Positions 26,826 through 33,650 of a stretch of DNA of 64,000 nucleotides are shown piece after piece (within the stretch, counting starts at the first letter, position 1; each line of letters begins with the position of its first letter). Below the pieces are notes generated by a model, which ran no database searches, was not told where the DNA came from, and saw only the letters and a program-made list of their open reading frames with translations. Source of the DNA: Firmicutes bacterium UBA5774 (GTDB taxonomy: Bacteria; Bacillota; Clostridia; Peptostreptococcales; Anaerovoracaceae); the NCBI GenBank assembly GCA_002418625.1, contig DIEM01000059.1, forward strand, positions 13,451-77,450. Direction: 5' to 3'. The position numbers were made by a program, and so were the translations under genes.

Positions 26826-28712
26826 ATGACATCGATAAGTTCCGTTTCATCAGCAACAACGACAGCATCCGTAAGCAACGGCCTTGGCGGCCTCGTTTCA
26901 GGCATGGATGTCGATTCCCTGGTTGAGCAGCTGACGATATCCGGCCAGGAAAAAATAGATTATCAGCAGCAATCTCTGCAAAAGCTTGAATGGAAACAAA
27001 CTGCGTACCGGGAAATCACGACTGCATTGGCAGAATTCAAGTCGACTTATTTTGATACGCTGTCCTCGACAAATCTTCGAAGCACATCCTTTTTCAATAC
27101 TGCGACCGCCACGTCCTCTTCCGATGCCGTGACTGCCACCGCAACATCAAACGCCGTCGCAGGATCGATCACTATTGAAAGCATCTCGCAGCTGGCAACC
27201 AACGCGACGCTCAGCGGCTCGAGCACCGTTTCAAAGGCGCTTTCCGGAAGCTTGACAGATACCGGGACCCTGACGGAAGAAGAAATAACGACCTTGCTGT
27301 CCGAGCTGGAAGGCAAGTCGATTTCACTTTCTCTCGATGGCAAAACGAGAACCATAAGCTTCGATTCGACATTCACCGCAGCCGCGGGAACAACCGCCGA
27401 ATCTCTTGAAGCCGCATTTCAGGACGCTTTGGATGATGCCTTCGGCAAAAGCTCCACCGGCGAAAGCCTTATGACAGCTTCCATTACCGGAAATTCACTG
27501 TCCTTCTCATCCTCGTCCTCTACGATCATCGTGTCCGGCGGAACGGCCGTTTTAGAGACCTTGGGGTTCACAAACAGTCAGTCCAACAGGATATCAGCGG
27601 CCTCGGCCTTGTCGGCTTTATCGCTAAGCACGGCCCTAGAAGGCGAAACCTTCGAATTTACGATAAACGATGTTGATTTTTCTTTCTCCGGCTCTTCGAC
27701 CCTGGACGATATCATTCGTGAAATCAATGGCAGCGAAGCCGGCGTAACCTTGAAATATACGTCGCTTTCAGATAAGTTCACCCTGACAGCCGACGAAACC
27801 GGCTCGGGAGACAATATCCGGATAAGCCAGGCGACCGGCAATCTGCTGACTGCGCTGTTCGGTTCGGATTCTTTTACGGAGGTCGAAGGTATAAATGCCG
27901 AGTTGATCATTGACGGACAGTCCGTTGTAAGATCTTCAAATGCCTTTACCCTGGACGGCGTAAAAATCGTACTTAAGGATACGACCGAAGCCGGAGATGC
28001 TCCGATCACCATTGGCGTCGAAGCTGATTCCACAAAACTTCTCGATACAGTCAAGAAGTTTGTCGAGGATTATAATACACTTGTCGACAGGATCAATACC
28101 CTGCTGAAGGAACGCGCCGACAGCGATTATCCTCCGCTTACCGATGCTCAGCGGGAGGATATGTCAGAAGAAGAGATTGAAAAATGGGAAACCAAGGCCA
28201 AAGCCGGCCTTCTGGCCAACGATTCGACTCTGCGCAGCATCGTCAACAATTTGCAGCAGATCATGTTTTCTTCGGGTACCGGAGCTTTATCTCTTTACGA
28301 TATTGGCATCACGTCTGCCGGGTATGCTGAAAATGGCAAGCTGCAGATCAACGAGGACAAGCTCAAGGATGCGCTTGCGTCAAAAAGCTTTGATATCATG
28401 GAGCTGTTCACCGATACGAACAATGGCCTTGCCAACAACATCAACACGATCCTGAACAATGCCATCGAAACGAAAGGCGTTCGCGGGTCCCGCGGCTCCC
28501 TGGTAGAACTGGCCGGCGTCGCTTCCACCACTTCCGATACACAAAACAGTATCTTTGACCAGATCGAAACAATCAATGAACGGATCGAGGATCTGAAGGA
28601 ACGGCTTGAAGCCGAACAAGACAGATGGTGGACCAAATTCACCGCCATGGAAACGGCGCTGTCAGCACTGAACTCGCAAAGCGCCATGCTCGCAAACATG
28701 CTCTCGTCATAA
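26826..28712 (+). CDS. fliD: Flagellar filament capping protein FliD
   Basis: 628 aa. GLGGLVSGMDVDSLVEQL N-terminal motif, FliD central and C-terminal coiled coil (RWWTKFTAMETALSALNSQSAML). Confidence 0.9.
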   Translation: MTSISSVSSATTTASVSNGLGGLVSGMDVDSLVEQLTISGQEKIDYQQQSLQKLEWKQTAYREITTALAEFKSTYFDTLSSTNLRSTSFFNTATATSSSDAVTATATSNAVAGSITIESISQLATNATLSGSSTVSKALSGSLTDTGTLTEEEITTLLSELEGKSISLSLDGKTRTISFDSTFTAAAGTTAESLEAAFQDALDDAFGKSSTGESLMTASITGNSLSFSSSSSTIIVSGGTAVLETLGFTNSQSNRISAASALSALSLSTALEGETFEFTINDVDFSFSGSSTLDDIIREINGSEAGVTLKYTSLSDKFTLTADETGSGDNIRISQATGNLLTALFGSDSFTEVEGINAELIIDGQSVVRSSNAFTLDGVKIVLKDTTEAGDAPITIGVEADSTKLLDTVKKFVEDYNTLVDRINTLLKERADSDYPPLTDAQREDMSEEEIEKWETKAKAGLLANDSTLRSIVNNLQQIMFSSGTGALSLYDIGITSAGYAENGKLQINEDKLKDALASKSFDIMELFTDTNNGLANNINTILNNAIETKGVRGSRGSLVELAGVASTTSDTQNSIFDQIETINERIEDLKERLEAEQDRWWTKFTAMETALSALNSQSAMLANMLSS

Positions 28713-28735
28713 TTTTAAAGAGGAGTGAATAATCA

Positions 28736-29116
28736 ATGCAACAGGCTAACGTTTACACGAAATACAAAGAGCAGACGCTGTCCACGCTGACGAACGGTGA
28801 AATCATCATCAAATTGTTCGAGGAAGCTTCGAAACAGGTTACAATGTCGATGTTCCTGATCAACAAAGACGATTATGTCGCTGCCATCAAGTGCATCCAG
28901 AAGGCCCAGAAAATAATCTCCGCCCTCCGAAGCAACCTGGACATGAAATACCCTATCGCCCAGGAGCTGAGCCCGATCTACCTTTTCATATATGAAAAGC
29001 TGGGGGAAACAATTGTATCGAAGGATGTGCCGCTATTGAAGGATCTTCTGTCCATCATTGATGAATTCAAGGTCACCTTCAGGCAGGCTGACAAGCTGTC
29101 CAGAATCAATAAATAG
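28736..29116 (+). CDS. fliS: Flagellin-specific chaperone FliS
   Basis: 126-aa four-helix-type protein. YKEQTLSTLTNGEIIIKLFEEA...KAQKIISALRSNLD...IYLFIYEKL. Confidence 0.9.
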   Translation: MQQANVYTKYKEQTLSTLTNGEIIIKLFEEASKQVTMSMFLINKDDYVAAIKCIQKAQKIISALRSNLDMKYPIAQELSPIYLFIYEKLGETIVSKDVPLLKDLLSIIDEFKVTFRQADKLSRINK

Positions 29117-29127
29117 GGGTGTAAAAG

Positions 29128-29526
29128 ATGGCAAACAATTCCGAAGTATCCCAATTCGTTGAAAACAAGATCTTTCTGATAAAAAAATGCATCGGCATCA
29201 ATAAGGACCTCATGGATGCCGGCGACGACGTCGACTCCATAACCTCCCTGATCGAACAAAGAGGCCTGGTCCTGAAAACGCTCGAAGACCTTTCCGCAAC
29301 CACCGATCCTTCCATCGTGAACGGCTGCGATCAAAAACAGAAGGATTCGATCAACAGAATGCTCACCTTGCTGCTGGATCTCGACAAAGAGCTGATGGCG
29401 GCCATGAGTGAAACCAAATCAAGGATGATAGCGTCGATCAAAAGCAATGTAAACAATCGAAAGGTCCTGAACTACGCAAGCATGGACGTCAATTCTTCAG
29501 GCACTTTTCTGAATCTGAAAAAGTAA
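29128..29526 (+). CDS. FliT-like flagellar chaperone (assigned by position)
   Basis: 132-aa helical protein directly after fliS, as fliT is in B. subtilis. No strong motif. Confidence 0.4.
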   Translation: MANNSEVSQFVENKIFLIKKCIGINKDLMDAGDDVDSITSLIEQRGLVLKTLEDLSATTDPSIVNGCDQKQKDSINRMLTLLLDLDKELMAAMSETKSRMIASIKSNVNNRKVLNYASMDVNSSGTFLNLKK

Positions 29527-29559
29527 ACGAAATATATCAGTCAAATATCCATATTACAG

Positions 29560-29594
29560 AATATCGTGCGAATTTATCACACGATATTTTTTTG
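29560..29594 (+). terminator. Rho-independent terminator of the fliD-fliS operon
   Basis: AATATCGTG (29560..29568) pairs with CACGATATT (29580..29588), followed by a T-run. Confidence 0.65.
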
Positions 29595-29623
29595 TGTTTA
29601 TTTGTGACACAATTGTGGTACAA
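29592..29623 (+). promoter_or_regulatory. Phased TTGTG half-sites / tandem 11-bp palindromes (candidate operator)
   Basis: TTGTG at 29592. TTGTGACACAA (29602..29612, perfect palindrome) is immediately followed by TTGTGGTACAA (29613..29623). Spacing is 10-11 bp. A TACAAT -10-like hexamer (29619..29624) overlaps the second palindrome. Confidence 0.4.
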
Positions 29624-29727
29624 TTTAATTGTTAATATTTAAACATACATTGACGGTTGAATGTCCTCACCCGCGGTATCGTAGAATATATGAATGGGTT
29701 TTTCTTTAGCGCAAAGGAGGATACATC

Positions 29728-30186
29728 ATGGTAGGCAAAATAGGCAAGTACAGACTCGAGAAAACGGATGACGGCACACTGGTCGTAGCAGGCAAATCCA
29801 GCATCATCAAGACGGTTTCCATACCAAAAGGAGAATATCTGGAGGTCAAAGGTTCCTGGTATGTGGACCAGCTGCCGACAAAAATCGTCATCGAACTCAA
29901 GGACGGTTCCCTGGAAATGTTCAACCTTTCTCCCTTCAAGAAAATAACCTTCAGGGATCTGCTCCAGTACAAGGGGCTTCATCCACGGAAGCTGAAGGGC
30001 GATCCGCTGCCCGAAATGCTTTATCAATATTATGGCCTCACCCATTACAAGGAAACCATGTCGGAAGTCATTAAAATAAGGCTGAAACCCTCAGAAAGGG
30101 ACAAGCTCAGCACTGTTGCCGAAGCTGCGGATCTTTCAGTCTCTGAATTCATCCGGGATTACATCAAGACGCTATCCTGCTCCTGA
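29728..30186 (+). CDS. Hypothetical protein with C-terminal ribbon-helix-helix-like segment
   Basis: 152 aa. AAAGGAGG RBS. The C-terminal IKIRLKPSERDKLSTVAEAADLSVSEFIRDYI resembles CopG/MobC-type RHH. The N-terminal ~110 aa are unrecognised. Confidence 0.5.
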   Translation: MVGKIGKYRLEKTDDGTLVVAGKSSIIKTVSIPKGEYLEVKGSWYVDQLPTKIVIELKDGSLEMFNLSPFKKITFRDLLQYKGLHPRKLKGDPLPEMLYQYYGLTHYKETMSEVIKIRLKPSERDKLSTVAEAADLSVSEFIRDYIKTLSCS

Positions 30187-30216
30187 TGGCTATAAACAGA
30201 TCTTTAAATAATAATA

Positions 30217-30246
30217 GGGCTGTCTCGATTGAGGCAGCCCCTTTTG
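30217..30246. terminator. Bidirectional terminator between the RHH ORF and the convergent HD-GYP gene
   Basis: GGGCTGTCTC-gatt-GAGGCAGCCC followed by CTTTTG. A/T-rich on the other side. Confidence 0.6.
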
Positions 30247-30267
30247 CCGGCCTTCGGCCAACCTGTT

Positions 30268-31347
30268 CTAATTTATGTCGTCAGCGACTTCAAGTATGGT
30301 GATATTCAGGAATTCAGCTTCCGATAAATTGATCTCCCGCGGCTCGCAGGCTTCCCCGCTCTGTTTCAATATCCTGACTCTTGGCCTGAGGCAATAGCTC
30401 TCGAAGTTTTCAATGACGATGCCGACACTGCCGTCACTGAGTCTCACACAGGTCCCGATTGGATAAGGGGCGATTTTCCTGATGAAAATATTCACGAGAT
30501 CCGGATCGAACAACGTGATCGACGATCCCATGATATATTCCATGACCTCCGAAGGAGGCAATGCTTTTCGGTATGGACGGTCCGACGTCAACGCGTCATA
30601 GACGTCGGCGATCGATATGATACGGCCGAAGAGCGAGATGGAATTGCCTTTCAGGTTATTGGGATACCCGCCGCCGTCGTACTTTTCATGGTGGTCCAGT
30701 ATGCCCATATATGAAGCCGTTGTGACGCCGTATCCTTTCTTGATATACTCGCAGCCCCATTCGGAATGCTTTTTCATTTCAGCAAACTCTTCCTCGGTCA
30801 GAAATCCGTTCTTGTTCAGGATATCCTTTCGCACGAATACTTTCCCTATATCATGAAGCAGCGCGCCATATCCGAGATTGCAAAGATCCTTCCTGCTGAA
30901 GCCGATCGATATGCCAAGAACGATCGATAAAACAGCGACATTGACGGAATGGAAATAAGTATAGTCGTCAAACACCTTCATATCGACCATATTGATCATC
31001 ATATTCTTGTTTTTCAGAAGCTCGTCGACGATCGTCTCGATCTGGAACTGCGCCTCCTTGAATTTCATTTTCGTGTTCGGGTTGCTTTCCTCGGAGCAAA
31101 TGAAAACTTCCTTGATACTTTTAACGCTCTGAGCCCTCAAACGCTCGTCAATAATGCTGGCGATAAACAAATCTCTCGATATGTCGTCTTCCACATAAAG
31201 GCCGTTGAAGTTAAGCTTCTTTATCATATCGATATATGGTCCTGTCAGGGTCGTATCTTTTGCCAGCAGCAATTCGCCATTTGAACCGAAAAGGTTGTCT
31301 CCAAGGAGCATACCTTCGCGCAGGCAGTGGGTTGGGACAAATCTCAT
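30268..31347 (-). CDS. HD-GYP domain c-di-GMP phosphodiesterase
   Basis: 359 aa. LLHDIGK and HHEKYDGGGYP motifs. TGATATAAT extended -10 in the 64-nt upstream gap. Confidence 0.88.
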   Translation of the reverse strand: MRFVPTHCLREGMLLGDNLFGSNGELLLAKDTTLTGPYIDMIKKLNFNGLYVEDDISRDLFIASIIDERLRAQSVKSIKEVFICSEESNPNTKMKFKEAQFQIETIVDELLKNKNMMINMVDMKVFDDYTYFHSVNVAVLSIVLGISIGFSRKDLCNLGYGALLHDIGKVFVRKDILNKNGFLTEEEFAEMKKHSEWGCEYIKKGYGVTTASYMGILDHHEKYDGGGYPNNLKGNSISLFGRIISIADVYDALTSDRPYRKALPPSEVMEYIMGSSITLFDPDLVNIFIRKIAPYPIGTCVRLSDGSVGIVIENFESYCLRPRVRILKQSGEACEPREINLSEAEFLNITILEVADDIN

Positions 31348-31411
31348 CAGTCACCTCATAAAACAATACTCTAATAAATAATTATATCACCACAGTATCA
31401 ATAGCGCCACA

Positions 31412-31798
31412 TTAAAAATCCAGAAAACCTTTAGTCGAAAGGAAGTGGAACAGCAGCAGGATCGCCAGGAAGGCAGCGCCTGTCCTGTGCGCCTTGATCC
31501 AGTCTCTGATCCTGAAACGGCGGCCGATCGCGGCAGCCAGGCCCATAACCGCAAGCACCGCCAGAATGAATGTTCCTGTATGAAACTGAATGAAGCCTCC
31601 CATCAAATACCCATGCATGATTCCGGCCAAAAGCGCGGCAGCGCCCAGAAACGGGTGCGGCAGGCGAAGCCCTCCCGAGATCTGCTGCAGCATGCTGTTT
31701 TTATTATTATAGAAACGGCGGTTGATGCGCCTTGATAAAAACAACATGAAATTGCAGATGATGATGGCGGATCCGATCATGCCTAAAACAGCAGCCAC
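31412..31798 (-). CDS. Small polytopic membrane protein, His-containing TM helices
   Basis: 128 aa with about four hydrophobic segments. His residues in or near the helices (LPHPFLG, IMHGYL, QFHTG, LLFHFL). 3-nt gap from the upstream b5-like gene. Confidence 0.45.
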   Translation of the reverse strand: MAAVLGMIGSAIIICNFMLFLSRRINRRFYNNKNSMLQQISGGLRLPHPFLGAAALLAGIMHGYLMGGFIQFHTGTFILAVLAVMGLAAAIGRRFRIRDWIKAHRTGAAFLAILLLFHFLSTKGFLDF

Positions 31799-31801
31799 GG
31801 A

Positions 31802-32149
31802 TCATTCCTCCATTCGGCCGACCACCGGCGCGCTTTTCAGCATATTGCTGCCGTGCGGAGCCTTTGAATCAAGCGCTTCGGTCTGGTCGGCGCCGGCATC
31901 GAATCCATTATGCATGCCTCCTGCCCAGGACGAGATCTCCGTTACATCATAGACCAGGCCATCGATCGCTATGTACGCTTCGCTTCCATTCTGCCCATCG
32001 TAGCTTGCTAATTCTTCGGCAGTGAATACCGGCAAATCCTCCGGCGGTTCTTCCGTCTTTGCTTCACCGCCCGCTCCGCCCCCGCAGCCTGTCAGTATCA
32101 CCGCGCCTATAATTAGCAGAACAACATACAACCGGGTTCTTTTCCACAT
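31802..32149 (-). CDS. Cytochrome b5-like heme/steroid-binding domain lipoprotein
   Basis: 115 aa. Lipobox LTGC. FTAEELASYDGQNGSEAYIAIDGLVYDVT...WAGGMHNGFDAG matches the b5/MAPR-like family. Confidence 0.65.
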   Translation of the reverse strand: MWKRTRLYVVLLIIGAVILTGCGGGAGGEAKTEEPPEDLPVFTAEELASYDGQNGSEAYIAIDGLVYDVTEISSWAGGMHNGFDAGADQTEALDSKAPHGSNMLKSAPVVGRMEE

Positions 32150-32183
32150 GTCTGATCACCTCCGAAACATCAATATAATTTCG

Positions 32184-32924
32184 TTAATGCAGCGCCTGAA
32201 GCTCATGCAGGCTCTCTCTGATAATCGTTTCGACCTTTGCCCCAAGCTCTGCGGCTTCTTCCCTGGACAGATCCTTCGTCCCAATGGGCTCCAGGATCTC
32301 GATCCATACATCCGTCGAAGCGGGATATCCGTGCTCCTCGAACGATCTGTAAGATCCGCTGATTGCAATCGGTACTACCGGTACACCGGTTTTCGTTGCA
32401 AGCTTCAGACTGCCTTTTTTGAATTCATTCATCTGCGGCCCCCTGCTCCTGGTCCCTTCAGGAAATATACCGAGCGAATAACCTTTCTCCAGAAGCTCAA
32501 TGCCGGCTTCGATCGCCCTCAGCGAGGCCCTTGCGTCATTGCGCCTGATAAATACGCTTCGAACGGCTTCGATACATTTGCCATATACCGGCAATTTCGC
32601 CAATTCTTCTTTGGCAACATATCCGGCCTGCCTGTTGACAGAAGCGACCACGATAGGGATATCGGCATAGCTTTGATGATTGGATACAAACAAAACCGGA
32701 CAGTCAGGAATATTTTCAACCCCTCCGACATGCAGCCTGACGCCGAAATGGCGCAGCACACCGCTGCCCCATTTGTATTGGTATTTCCTGATCGCCTCGA
32801 TCTCGGCGGGAATATCCCCGGCTTTCCTGTATCTTTTGATTCTCACATAATATGGCCACAAATAAAATATGTAGGCATACATCCAGATGCCGAAGGCAGC
32901 CATCCTGATCGCTTTAATCATCAT
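32184..32924 (-). CDS. plsC: 1-acyl-sn-glycerol-3-phosphate acyltransferase
   Basis: 246 aa. NHQSYADI (HX4D) and FPEGTRS acyltransferase motifs. Confidence 0.85.
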   Translation of the reverse strand: MMIKAIRMAAFGIWMYAYIFYLWPYYVRIKRYRKAGDIPAEIEAIRKYQYKWGSGVLRHFGVRLHVGGVENIPDCPVLFVSNHQSYADIPIVVASVNRQAGYVAKEELAKLPVYGKCIEAVRSVFIRRNDARASLRAIEAGIELLEKGYSLGIFPEGTRSRGPQMNEFKKGSLKLATKTGVPVVPIAISGSYRSFEEHGYPASTDVWIEILEPIGTKDLSREEAAELGAKVETIIRESLHELQALH

Positions 32925-32930
32925 TATCCC

Positions 32931-33488
32931 CTATTTTTCCAGCCATGGCCCGATGGCAATGCTCTTATCGATTCTTTCGGCGATCTCCATCAGGCTGTCA
33001 AAGGATGCGCCGCTCTTCATGTATAACGTATGCACGTATCCGTCCTTATACCAGATCGCAAGTCCGGCTTCGTCCTTCGTATATCTCAATTCAATGGGAA
33101 TCCCGTCAAGTTCTGAAGTTTCGGTAACCGCGAACGCGTCATAAACGCCGCTGACATCCCCTTCCATTTCATCGGCGGTTCTGAATGCGACAGCGTTTCC
33201 GTCAACTTTGAAATCCACCTGTCCAACTGCGCCTGCCACGACGTAGGCATGCTCGAAGGCATAATCCTCAGGCCAGCCATTGATGCTCCAGCCAAGCTTC
33301 TCATCAAAATCAAGCTCTGACATTTCTTCCATCGGGTTCGGCAATTCACTTTCAGCAGGCTCTTCCGTCCCGTTCTCTGGTTCCGGCAACGGCACCGGCT
33401 CCTGCTCCGCGGGCGAGCAAGCGGCTGCAGCTGAGAGAATCAATATCAGGAACACTGCTGTTAAGATTCGTCTTTTCATTTTTATCAT
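32931..33488 (-). CDS. Lipoprotein of unknown function
   Basis: 185 aa. Signal peptide with lipobox LSAAAAC, then an acidic Pro/Glu linker and a beta-rich domain. Confidence 0.55.
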   Translation of the reverse strand: MIKMKRRILTAVFLILILSAAAACSPAEQEPVPLPEPENGTEEPAESELPNPMEEMSELDFDEKLGWSINGWPEDYAFEHAYVVAGAVGQVDFKVDGNAVAFRTADEMEGDVSGVYDAFAVTETSELDGIPIELRYTKDEAGLAIWYKDGYVHTLYMKSGASFDSLMEIAERIDKSIAIGPWLEK

Positions 33489-33560
33489 CCCCTTTCCGCA
33501 CTCTAATTATAACCCTTTTCCTTCGACCCATAAATGTTTTTTTGCCGCGGACCAATCTAA

Positions 33561-33597
33561 AGCAGGACCGGCCGCGATTAATCCGGCCGGTCCTGCT
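33561..33597 (-). terminator. GC-rich hairpin downstream of the PEP/pyruvate-binding gene
   Basis: Perfect 14-bp stem AGCAGGACCGGCCG / CGGCCGGTCCTGCT with a 9-nt loop. On the minus-strand RNA it is followed by UUUAGAUU, a weak U tract. Confidence 0.5.
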
Positions 33598-33650
33598 TGT
33601 ATCCGTCACATATTCAGCGGGTGCGGCATCATACTCGGCCCCGCGATCCG

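Noticed and set aside
32022-33026. 334-aa plus-strand ORF spanning the b5-like, plsC and lipoprotein genes.
   Set aside because: It crosses three well-supported minus-strand genes and has no motif or RBS. The same reasoning applies to the long antisense ORFs in gyrB (42496..43344), dnaA (46436..47221), fliI (7749..8582) and the PEP-binding gene (34107..34865).
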